From Microbacteriaceae bacterium (GTDB taxonomy: Bacteria; Actinomycetota; Actinomycetes; Actinomycetales; Microbacteriaceae): a stretch of 39,876 nt of DNA. The notes under the pieces were generated by a model, which had not been told where the DNA came from, made no database searches, and saw nothing but the letters and a program-made list of their open reading frames with translations. The DNA lies in the NCBI GenBank assembly GCA_041303845.1, contig JBFYOK010000128.1, positions 1 to 39,876 on the forward strand. The letters run 5' to 3'. Positions 32,559 to 39,876 of this stretch are shown in pieces. Numbering within the stretch: position 1 is the first letter of the stretch; each line of letters starts with the position of its first letter. The position numbers were made by a program, and so were the translations under genes.

Positions 32559-34376
32559 GTGTGCATGTTTGAACGGGCAGTTGCGAGCGTGCGATCTGAT
32601 ATGAATCAGGTCGCGGGCCCGCAAGCGCTGTCTTTCGTTGTCGTTTTGCCGGGGCTCATTTTGCTCACGCTCGGTACCGCGTTCGCGGACACCCAAAATC
32701 TGGACGACTACAACGAGGCATGGATTGTCGTTGCCGTGCAGGCTTTCGTTGTCGCCCTCATCGTTTTTTCAATTTTTGGGTTGCTCGCTCGATTTCTTCG
32801 CGGGCAGATTCGAGTTGCAGCCGTCTTCACTCTTTATGCCGTGACCGAAACGTCGCGAATGCTGGTCGTCGAAAGCCAAGCGCTGAATCGGGGGTTGATT
32901 CAAGAAGCGGACTGGCCCGCGCAATTGTTGACGGCAGCCCTCATTGGACCGACCATTTATGGGGTTGCCGCCCTGGCAACTAACCAGACCTTTGAATTTC
33001 GGTCAACCGTGGCGGACCTCACCGCTCGCACGGTCCTCTTGCAAACCACACTGGCGCGCACAGAAATCGATGCAAATATTGCGCGGCATGAAATCCTCAA
33101 GACAGCGAAGGATTCGATTCGCCACGCCCTCAAGATATCGATGGGCGTCAGCGGTTCGGTTGTGCCGACTGCCGCCACCATTCGTTCACTTCTTGACGTA
33201 TCGGATGACGTCGTGCGGCCACTGAGCCACAAGCTGATGTATAGCCAAGGTAGGTTCTCCGGGATTGCTCCCGAACCCGTTCGCACCAAATTGCATTTTT
33301 GGGAAGTCATCAACCTTGCCACAACGACGCGTCCCTTCAGACCCGCCGCAACGGTCTTGGTTGGCGGGATGCTTGCCATTGGCGCAGCGGTCACACAAGC
33401 CCCATACGGCCTTGGCGTGGCAGCGCTCGTCATTTTTTTGTTAGCCAGTTATGCGCTCATCGCTGTTGCTCGACGGTTTCTTTCTGCGCCACTGCGTCGA
33501 ATCCGTTTACCCACGCGGTTCGTCGTTCTGGAGGCCATATACATTGCGTTGTGTTTTCCTGCCTCGCTCGCAGTGGGGCTTCTCAATCGGCTACCTGAAG
33601 GTCTGATGGTGCCGTTCTTGCTCTACGCAACGGGCATCGGTTCCCTCGTACTTTGGTACCTCGCAACCATGTCGGGTGTGCGCAAGGGTTTTGCTGCTGT
33701 GATCGGGCAAGTGCGCGAGGTCAACCGTCAACTCGAGTGGGCAGTCGCACGTGTGAACGCACGGCTTTGGACAGACCAGAAGGAACTCTCGCGCATCCTG
33801 CACAACGAAGTTCAGGGGGTGCTCGTCTCAACCGCGTTCAAAATGCAACGCGACCTTGACGCGGGCAAAGATGTTTCCATCGATCCAATCGCGGTTCGTC
33901 AAGCAGTACTCAACTCCCTGAACAGCCCGACTGCCCAGTCGACGCCCACCCTCGAACGCGCGCTTGCTGTTGAGCAAGAGCGCTGGTCCGGCGTGTTGGA
34001 CATCAGTCTTGACATAGATGCCGGCACTTTCGACATTGTGAATCAAGATCGCGACGCGCGACGTGTCATCATCGACCTCGTTCATGAATTCATGGTCAAC
34101 GCCGTCAAGCACGGTAAGGCACGGAGCGCACAAATGTGGATGCGACCCACATCTCGCGGCACCATGGATATTTCGCTTTATAACGACGGATTACCGATGC
34201 CCGCTGACCGCAAGCCAGGACTCGGTGCGGAGCTCGCTTTTTCGGTTTCGGTTTCATTGCGATTGCCACCTCACCTCAGCGGGGTTGAACTTCGTATCGA
34301 GATTCCGTGTGACGGCACAGACACCTACGTGGGCGTCAGTTCCGCACCTGTGTTCGCGACATCGACTCATCGCTAG
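32559..34376 (+). CDS. membrane-bound sensor histidine kinase (HisKA_3-like H-box plus HATPase), no adjacent response regulator
   Basis: 605 aa. There are two blocks of about four hydrophobic segments. H-box-like ELSRILHNEVQGVL (His codon 33801..33803), N-box DLVHEFMVNAVKHGKA and G-box GLGAE. The start is uncertain (GTG 32559, ATG 32565 or ATG 32601). Confidence 0.7.
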   Translation: MCMFERAVASVRSDMNQVAGPQALSFVVVLPGLILLTLGTAFADTQNLDDYNEAWIVVAVQAFVVALIVFSIFGLLARFLRGQIRVAAVFTLYAVTETSRMLVVESQALNRGLIQEADWPAQLLTAALIGPTIYGVAALATNQTFEFRSTVADLTARTVLLQTTLARTEIDANIARHEILKTAKDSIRHALKISMGVSGSVVPTAATIRSLLDVSDDVVRPLSHKLMYSQGRFSGIAPEPVRTKLHFWEVINLATTTRPFRPAATVLVGGMLAIGAAVTQAPYGLGVAALVIFLLASYALIAVARRFLSAPLRRIRLPTRFVVLEAIYIALCFPASLAVGLLNRLPEGLMVPFLLYATGIGSLVLWYLATMSGVRKGFAAVIGQVREVNRQLEWAVARVNARLWTDQKELSRILHNEVQGVLVSTAFKMQRDLDAGKDVSIDPIAVRQAVLNSLNSPTAQSTPTLERALAVEQERWSGVLDISLDIDAGTFDIVNQDRDARRVIIDLVHEFMVNAVKHGKARSAQMWMRPTSRGTMDISLYNDGLPMPADRKPGLGAELAFSVSVSLRLPPHLSGVELRIEIPCDGTDTYVGVSSAPVFATSTHR

Positions 34377-34386
34377 GCTTGCTCGC

Positions 34387-34833
34387 ATGGCTGTGAACCC
34401 CGCAATCGAAGGACGCACACTGCCGCCGACTGATCCCTATTTGGTTGGCCGCGAAAAGATTCGCGAGTTTGCTCGCGCGGTGATGTCGACTAACCCCATC
34501 AATTTCGAGGTGGATGCTGCGCGCGCGGCTGGCCACGATGACGTTGTTGCTCCGCCAACGTTCCCGATTGTCGTCCAAGAACGCACGCTCGCACAGCTTT
34601 TGGCACTTCCAGACACGGGGATCGACTTCAGCCGCATCGTTCACGGCGATCAACGATTCACGTTCTCTCGACCTATTGTCGCGGGCGACGAGCTGACGGC
34701 TCAGCTCACGGTTGCGTCCGTCAAGAGTTTGGGCGGTCACAGCATGGTGACTGCGGTCTCAGAAATTACTGATGAGTCGGGGGCGCATGTCGTCACAGCA
34801 ACGTCGACTCTTGTGGTGCGAGGGGATGAGTGA
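34387..34833 (+). CDS. MaoC-like (R)-specific hydratase/dehydratase subunit, N-terminal-type (HadA-like)
   Basis: Start at ATG 34387 (MAVNPAIEGRTLPP...). The ORF-track start 34063 overlaps the kinase gene. Hot-dog fold pattern, and ATGA-coupled to the next gene. Confidence 0.8.
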   Translation: MAVNPAIEGRTLPPTDPYLVGREKIREFARAVMSTNPINFEVDAARAAGHDDVVAPPTFPIVVQERTLAQLLALPDTGIDFSRIVHGDQRFTFSRPIVAGDELTAQLTVASVKSLGGHSMVTAVSEITDESGAHVVTATSTLVVRGDE

Positions 34834-35255
34834 TGACACCGTCGTTTGATTCCGTTTCCGTCGGTGACGAGATTCCGACCGTTGACTACCACCTGACTCG
34901 AGACACGCTTGTGCGATATGCCGGGGCGTCGGGAGACTTCAACCCGATTCACTATCGTGACGACGTGGCAACCTCCGTCGGACTACCCGGCGTCTTGGCG
35001 CACGGCATGTTGACGATGGGAGTTGCCGTCCAAGCCACGACGAATTGGGCCGGCGATCCGGCACGCGTCGTCGACTATCAGACGCGCTTCACACGCCCCG
35101 TACTCGTTGATCCGACATCCGGTGCGGACATCTCGGTCACGGGCAAAGTAGCTGCCGTTGACACCGAAACCGGTGAAGTTCGTGTCGATCTCACGGTCAC
35201 CTTCAACGGAGAAACAGTGCTGGGCAAAGCCCAAGCGCGCGTTCGCCTGACCTAG
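34830..35255 (+). CDS. MaoC-family dehydratase, catalytic subunit type (HadB-like)
   Basis: 141 aa with the hydratase motif SGDFNPIHY. Confidence 0.85.
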   Translation: MMTPSFDSVSVGDEIPTVDYHLTRDTLVRYAGASGDFNPIHYRDDVATSVGLPGVLAHGMLTMGVAVQATTNWAGDPARVVDYQTRFTRPVLVDPTSGADISVTGKVAAVDTETGEVRVDLTVTFNGETVLGKAQARVRLT

Positions 35256-35284
35256 GCCTCAACGGAAACGACGAGGCCCTGTCC

Positions 35285-36370
35285 ATGCGATTCGCAGATC
35301 TGACCACGCTCGGCGTCGGTGGAGACATCACCGACTTTGTCGAGGCACATTCGAACGCCGAGATTTTGCATGCGGTCACGAGCGCGTGGTCCAGCGGGTT
35401 GCCGATTCTCGCCCTAGGCGGGGGCTCTAACCTTCTGGTCGGCGACGATGGTTTCGATGGGCGAGTCATCGCCATTCGAACGCGCGGCATCGATGTGAAC
35501 CATGACGGTCGATTGGTGCGCGTGCGCGTTGCCGCGGGCGAGTCATGGGATGACGTTGTGGCGTGGTCACTCGAGCAAGGGTTCGCCGGCTTCGAGGCCC
35601 TGTCGGGCATCCCTGGGTTAGTCGGTGCCGCACCCATTCAGAATATTGGCGCCTATGGGCAGGAGGTCAGCGCACTTATTTCAGGTGTGGACGTGCTTGA
35701 CCTGAACGCGGGTGAGCCACGACACATGGGTGCAAAAGAACTCGAGTTCGCCTATCGTGACTCCGTTTTCAAGCAGGGTCTCGATGCAATCGTGCTGAGC
35801 GTCGACTTCGAATTAGTGGATGCGCGTGCCACCGGACTTTCAGAACCCATCGTGTTCCCGCAGCTCGCGACCGCACTCGGCGTCGAACTCGGTGCACGAG
35901 TTCCGCTCGCACACGCTCGCGATGCCGTTCTTGGTCTTCGACGTTCCAAAGGAATGGTGCTCGACCCGAATGACTCGGACACGCGGAGTGCGGGCTCGTT
36001 TTTCGTGAACCCGATTGTGACCGAGCGCTTCGCACGGGCGTTGCCGGCGGATGCTCCGCGCTATCCGGTTGGCGAAGAAGCTCGCGATCGTGTGCTCGAG
36101 ATTGGCGCGGAAGTGCCCCCGCTCGCCGAACCGGGCCTTGTCAAGCTGAGCGCTGCGTGGCTGATTGAGAACGCGGGCATCCCGCGTGGGTTTTCGCTGC
36201 CGGGTTCGCGGGCGGCAGTGTCGAGTAAACACACGCTGGCGCTCACCAACCTCGGCGGGGCAACCTCAGAAGAGGTTGCTGGACTCGCTCGATACGTGCG
36301 CTCGCTGGTGCAGTCGCAGTTTGGCGTTCTGTTGCAACCAGAGCCCGTCTGCATTGGCGTTGAGCTCTAA
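35285..36370 (+). CDS. murB: UDP-N-acetylenolpyruvoylglucosamine reductase
   Basis: 361 aa. N-terminal FAD-binding region LTTLGVGGDITDFVEA ... LGGGSNLLVGDDGFDG, plus AAPIQNIGAYGQEV and SAGSFFVNP motifs. Confidence 0.9.
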   Translation: MRFADLTTLGVGGDITDFVEAHSNAEILHAVTSAWSSGLPILALGGGSNLLVGDDGFDGRVIAIRTRGIDVNHDGRLVRVRVAAGESWDDVVAWSLEQGFAGFEALSGIPGLVGAAPIQNIGAYGQEVSALISGVDVLDLNAGEPRHMGAKELEFAYRDSVFKQGLDAIVLSVDFELVDARATGLSEPIVFPQLATALGVELGARVPLAHARDAVLGLRRSKGMVLDPNDSDTRSAGSFFVNPIVTERFARALPADAPRYPVGEEARDRVLEIGAEVPPLAEPGLVKLSAAWLIENAGIPRGFSLPGSRAAVSSKHTLALTNLGGATSEEVAGLARYVRSLVQSQFGVLLQPEPVCIGVEL

Positions 36371-36377
36371 CTCTGCC

Positions 36378-37583
36378 TTAGCGCGTGCCGAAGAGTTTCT
36401 GCAGCCGGTGCATTCCTTCGAGAAGAGGTTCGTCTCCGAGTGCATAGCTGAAGCGCAGGAATCCGCTTGGACCAAAGGCCTCACCCGGTACGGCAGCGAC
36501 TTCTGCTTGTTCGAGAATGAGGTCAGCGAGTTCGAGTGACGAGCTCGGCGTCACTCCGCCCCACGTCTTGCCAAGCAATTCGCTGACATCGGGGTAAACG
36601 TAGAACGCACCCGTTGGCGTCGGGGTGTTGAAACCGGGGATCTTGTTGAGCTCCCCGACAATCAGCTTGCGTCGACGGTCGAATGCTCCGCGCATTTCAC
36701 CAACGCACTCTTGCGGACCCGTTAGGGCGGCGAGAGCCGCACGCTGCGAGATGTTGGACACGTTTGACGACAGGTGTGACTGCAGGTTGGCCGCGGCCTT
36801 GATGGCATCGAGTGGTCCCACCATCCATCCCAGACGCCACCCGGTCATGGCGTAGGTCTTGGCAACACCATTGACGAGGATTGTGCGGTCGGCTAGAGCG
36901 GGAACGGCGTCGACAATTGAGACTGCGGTGACACCGTCATAGGTCAGGTTCTGGTAAATCTCATCGCTGATGACCCAAAGGCCGTGCTTTTCCGCCCACT
37001 CGCCGATGGCTTTGGTTTGCTCCGGTGAATACACCGAGCCGGTCGGGTTAGACGGCGAAACGAAAAGGAGAAGCTTTGTGCGCTCCGTGCGAGCGGCCTC
37101 AAGTTGGTCAACGGTAACGAGGTAGTTCTGGTCGGCACCCGCGAAGACATCGACCTGGACGCCACCCGCAAGCTTGATTGCTTCGGGGTAGGTCGTCCAG
37201 TAGGGCGTGGGAACGAGCACTTCGTCGCCCGGATCGAGCAACGTTGCGAATGCTTGGTAGACGGCTTGCTTTCCGCCGTTTGTCACGACCACTTGCGACG
37301 GGTCGACGGCGAGACCGCTGTCGCGCAGGGTCTTCGCTGCAATGGCCTCGCGCAGCTCGGGCAATCCGGCGGCCGGGGTGTACCGGTGGTTCTTGGGATC
37401 CTTGACTGCCGCGAGAGCCGCCTCAACAATGTGTGCCGGGGTGGGGAAGTCGGGCTCGCCGGCGGCGTAGCTGATGACGGGTCGTCCGGCGGCTTGCAGG
37501 GACTTGGCTTTCGCATCCACTTTCAGCGTCGCTGATTCAACGATGGATGCGATGCGGGTTGAGATTCGCTTCAATTCAGGCAC
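36378..37583 (-). CDS. pyridoxal-phosphate-dependent aminotransferase class I (aspartate aminotransferase-like)
   Basis: 401 aa with a GTG start. Motifs [22 protein letters not shown] and [17 protein letters not shown] (PLP Lys). Confidence 0.9.
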   Translation of the reverse strand: MPELKRISTRIASIVESATLKVDAKAKSLQAAGRPVISYAAGEPDFPTPAHIVEAALAAVKDPKNHRYTPAAGLPELREAIAAKTLRDSGLAVDPSQVVVTNGGKQAVYQAFATLLDPGDEVLVPTPYWTTYPEAIKLAGGVQVDVFAGADQNYLVTVDQLEAARTERTKLLLFVSPSNPTGSVYSPEQTKAIGEWAEKHGLWVISDEIYQNLTYDGVTAVSIVDAVPALADRTILVNGVAKTYAMTGWRLGWMVGPLDAIKAAANLQSHLSSNVSNISQRAALAALTGPQECVGEMRGAFDRRRKLIVGELNKIPGFNTPTPTGAFYVYPDVSELLGKTWGGVTPSSSLELADLILEQAEVAAVPGEAFGPSGFLRFSYALGDEPLLEGMHRLQKLFGTR

Positions 37584-37708
37584 GTTCCAAGTTTAGGCGC
37601 CGTGCTTGTCGCCTGCTTCGGTTTGTGGGGACATGCCCGCGTGACCTAAACTTCTCAACGGCGGTTGAAATCAGCCATGCTTTGGCATGCCTTGATACAA
37701 ACGGCTAA

Positions 37709-37781
37709 AGGGTGGTGGCTCAATTGGTAGAGCAGCGGTCTCCAAAACCGCAGGTTGCAGGTTCGAGTCCTGTCCGCCCTG
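37709..37781 (+). tRNA. tRNA-Trp (anticodon CCA)
   Basis: Hand-folded cloverleaf. Acceptor AGGGTGG/CCGCCCT, D-arm GCTC-AATTGGTA-GAGC, anticodon arm GCGGT-CTCCAAA-ACCGC, T-arm GCAGG-TTCGAGT-CCTGT and discriminator G. It sits in the conserved position upstream of secE. Confidence 0.9.
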
Positions 37782-37803
37782 CAAACCCTGAAAGGTAGAA
37801 ACA

Positions 37804-38094
37804 ATGTCACAAACAGTTGCTGACGAGCCAGGCGAAGACCTCGTCGCGCAAGCTCGGCAAGACCGTGCCTCGCGCAAGGGCCCATTTGCGCGTATGGCGT
37901 TGTTTATTCGCCAGGTCGTTGGTGAACTCAAGAAGGTCGTCACGCCGACTCGTCGTGAGCTGATCAACTACACCATCGTCGTTCTCGTCTTCGTGGCCAT
38001 CATGATGGCGCTCGTCGGCGGACTCGACTGGGTCTTCGGCTGGATCGTCGTGTTCCTTTTCGGTGACCCGGCAGCATCCACGGGAATCGGCTAA
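37804..38094 (+). CDS. secE: preprotein translocase subunit SecE
   Basis: 96 aa. Motif FIRQVVGELKKVVTPTRRELINYTIVVLVFV with a single C-terminal TM. Synteny with nusG. Confidence 0.9.
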   Translation: MSQTVADEPGEDLVAQARQDRASRKGPFARMALFIRQVVGELKKVVTPTRRELINYTIVVLVFVAIMMALVGGLDWVFGWIVVFLFGDPAASTGIG

Positions 38095-38173
38095 GCCGCA
38101 ACTGTTCGGTCAACTCGGGCGGTGTTCGCCCGTGCCACCAATGCCAACTACGAGCTAAGAAGTTCAAAGGATT

Positions 38174-38989
38174 ATGGAAAACAACAACCTGAGTGAAGCA
38201 GAGCGCGACGCACAACAGCTCGCCGCTGCTCTTGATGTTCTCGCAACATCGGTCGACGCCGCAGAGGACGACAGTGTTTCGGACACTGACGCGCCCGAAG
38301 CGACGAGCATCGACGCCGTCGACAACGCATCGGACAGCGCTGATGTCGAAAGCGACGCCGTTGAGATTGACGACCCCTACGCCGAGTACGAACGTGAGCT
38401 CAAGACGCTCCCGGGTAAGTGGTACGTCATTCACTCTTACGCTGGATTTGAGCGCAAGGTCAAGGCGAACATCGAAAACCGCAAGAAGACTCTCGGCCTC
38501 GAGGACTACATCTTCCAGTGCGAGGTTCCCATGGAAGACGTCGTCGAGATTAAGAACGGTCAGCGCAAGATGGTCACCCGCGTGCGCATCCCCGGCTATG
38601 TGCTTGTTCGTCTCGACTTGAATGAAGACAGCTGGTCGTGTGTTCGTCACACGCCTGGAGTGACGGGCTTCGTGGGCAACGCGCACAACCCGACGCCTTT
38701 GCGCTTTGCAGAGGCCTTCAACATGCTCAAGCCGCTTGTTGAGGTCAAGGACGTCAACACGGCAAAGGCCGTTCAGGCGAAGGGCGGCGTCGCCGTTGCG
38801 CGCACACCGATTGCAGAGATCGACTTTGAAATCGGCGAGACCATCATCATCAAGGAAGGCTCGTTCGCGGGCCTGCCAGGATCCATCAGCGAAATCAAGC
38901 CCGAGAGCGGCAAGCTCACGGTTCTCGTTTCGCTGTTCGAGCGTGAAACTCCGGTTGAACTGAGCTTCGACCAGGTCACCAAGCAGTAG
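38174..38989 (+). CDS. nusG: transcription termination/antitermination factor NusG (with an acidic N-terminal extension)
   Basis: 271 aa. The NGN domain starts at GKWYVIHSYAGFERKV. The KOW motif is GETIIIKEGSFAGLPGSISEI. Confidence 0.95.
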   Translation: MENNNLSEAERDAQQLAAALDVLATSVDAAEDDSVSDTDAPEATSIDAVDNASDSADVESDAVEIDDPYAEYERELKTLPGKWYVIHSYAGFERKVKANIENRKKTLGLEDYIFQCEVPMEDVVEIKNGQRKMVTRVRIPGYVLVRLDLNEDSWSCVRHTPGVTGFVGNAHNPTPLRFAEAFNMLKPLVEVKDVNTAKAVQAKGGVAVARTPIAEIDFEIGETIIIKEGSFAGLPGSISEIKPESGKLTVLVSLFERETPVELSFDQVTKQ

Positions 38990-39076
38990 CTCGAAACCAA
39001 GCCACCGCGGTGCAGATCCTCTGGATCGCGGGAGAGTGAGCCGGGCATCCGGTTCGTTCGAAAGAAAGGGAAAGAA

Positions 39077-39505
39077 ATGGCACCGAAGAAGAAAGTCACT
39101 GGTCTGATTAAGCTTCAGATCAAGGCTGGAGAAGCAAACCCCGCTCCACCCGTCGGCCCCGCATTGGGTCAGCACGGTGTGAACATTATGGAATTCTGCA
39201 AGGCGTATAACGCTGCGACAGAAGGCCAGCGCGGAAACATCATCCCCGTCGAAATCTCGGTCTACGAAGACCGTTCGTTCGACTTCATCCTGAAGACCCC
39301 TCCGGCAGCTGAGCTCATCAAGAAGGCAGCTGGTGTTGGTAAGGGTTCATCGACTCCTCACACGGTCAAGGTGGCAAAGCTCACCGACGCACAGGTGACG
39401 GCAATCGCTGAACAGAAGATGTCCGACCTCAACGCGAACGACGTTAACGCTGCCAAGCTCATCATCGCTGGCACTGCTCGTTCCATGGGCATCACGGTCG
39501 AGTAA
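39077..39505 (+). CDS. rplK: 50S ribosomal protein L11
   Basis: 142 aa. [45 protein letters not shown] is canonical uL11. Confidence 0.97.
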   Translation: MAPKKKVTGLIKLQIKAGEANPAPPVGPALGQHGVNIMEFCKAYNAATEGQRGNIIPVEISVYEDRSFDFILKTPPAAELIKKAAGVGKGSSTPHTVKVAKLTDAQVTAIAEQKMSDLNANDVNAAKLIIAGTARSMGITVE

Positions 39506-39519
39506 GGGGAGTAGAGAAA

Positions 39520-39876
39520 ATGGCACAGAAGTCAAAGGCTTATCGCACCGCCGCCGAGAAGATCGAGGCAGGCAAGTTCTACACCCCGACCGAGGCTGTC
39601 GCTATTGCGAAGCAGACCGGGTCGTCCAAGTTCAACTCCACGGTTGAGGTCGCCCTCAAGCTCGGTGTTGACCCTCGTAAAGCTGACCAGATGATTCGTG
39701 GAACCGTCATGCTTCCGCACGGCACGGGCAAGACCGCTCGCGTTGTTGTGTTTGCAACGGGCCCTGCAGCCGAGGCAGCGCTTGCTGCTGGCGCTGACGA
39801 GGTCGGCGGCGACGAGCTCATCGAAAAGATTGCTGCCGGATGGACCGGGTTTGACGCTGCCGTGTCGACGCCGGAA
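39520..39876 (+). CDS. rplA: 50S ribosomal protein L1 (N-terminal 119 codons; continues past the window end)
   Basis: ATG 39520. It translates to [71 protein letters not shown]..., canonical uL1. Absent from the ORF track because there is no stop in the window. Confidence 0.95.
   Translation, partial: MAQKSKAYRTAAEKIEAGKFYTPTEAVAIAKQTGSSKFNSTVEVALKLGVDPRKADQMIRGTVMLPHGTGKTARVVVFATGPAAEAALAAGADEVGGDELIEKIAAGWTGFDAAVSTPE

Noticed and set aside
34063-34386. 108-codon N-terminal extension of the HadA-like ORF
   Set aside because: It overlaps the kinase C-terminus in another frame. The MaoC-like domain starts at ATG 34387.
37584-37803. tRNA-Trp as a possible integration hotspot (genomic island boundary)
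   Set aside because: There is no integrase, no direct repeat of the tRNA 3' end and no compositional break nearby. The tRNA sits in its conserved position before secE.
38174-38420. Acidic, roughly 80-residue N-terminal extension of NusG
   Set aside because: Low-complexity acidic N-terminal extensions of NusG are common in Actinomycetota, so this is not considered unusual.
38000-39175. 391-aa minus-strand ORF spanning secE-nusG-rplK
   Set aside because: It runs antisense to three universally conserved genes and crosses their intergenic regions. It has no motifs.
1-39876. CRISPR arrays, tandem repeats, IS elements and prophage genes
   Set aside because: Reading both strands by eye, I found no regularly spaced direct repeats, terminal inverted repeats, or transposase, integrase or phage structural genes. 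A computational repeat scan would be needed to exclude short or degenerate repeats.

Overview
GC-rich actinobacterial chromosomal segment. Gene content and synteny look Microbacteriaceae-like, but that taxon call is inference only. I see no transposase, integrase, prophage, CRISPR array or rRNA. The right end is the conserved core block MaoC-dehydratase pair, murB, aminotransferase, tRNA-Trp, secE, nusG, rplK, rplA. The rest is accessory-type metabolism and sensing. (1) A homoprotocatechuate meta-cleavage operon (hpaE, hpaD, FAH-family enzyme) is translationally coupled to a ferredoxin and a ferredoxin reductase, with a divergent cytochrome P450 and MarR regulator nearby. (2) A heliorhodopsin with all key photoactive residues sits between that operon and a succinate-semialdehyde dehydrogenase, and a 65-aa ORF is transcribed divergently from it. 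(3) A TetR/MMPL transporter pair. (4) An uncharacterised island of bicupin, triad-less SDR, TRZ/ATZ-type amidohydrolase, sugar-type ABC transporter and XRE-cupin regulator lies behind a promoter overlapped by a perfect 16-bp inverted repeat. (5) A CASTOR/POLLUX-like 2TM-RCK channel with a non-canonical TVGDGG filter. (6) A DUF554 membrane protein plus a coupled small protein lie divergent from a stand-alone adenylate-forming enzyme and a glycine-rich LPATG surface protein. (7) A group II PLP decarboxylase is placed directly upstream of agmatine deiminase. (8) An unannotated 28-aa, strongly acidic peptide ORF with a C-terminal CxxC has its own promoter, a strong Shine-Dalgarno and an intrinsic terminator, and lies directly in front of an orphan sensor kinase that appears to have two membrane-plus-DHp modules. 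The heliorhodopsin locus and the peptide/kinase module are the two best candidates for undescribed biology. All family assignments rest on motif recognition and remembered alignments, not on database searches.
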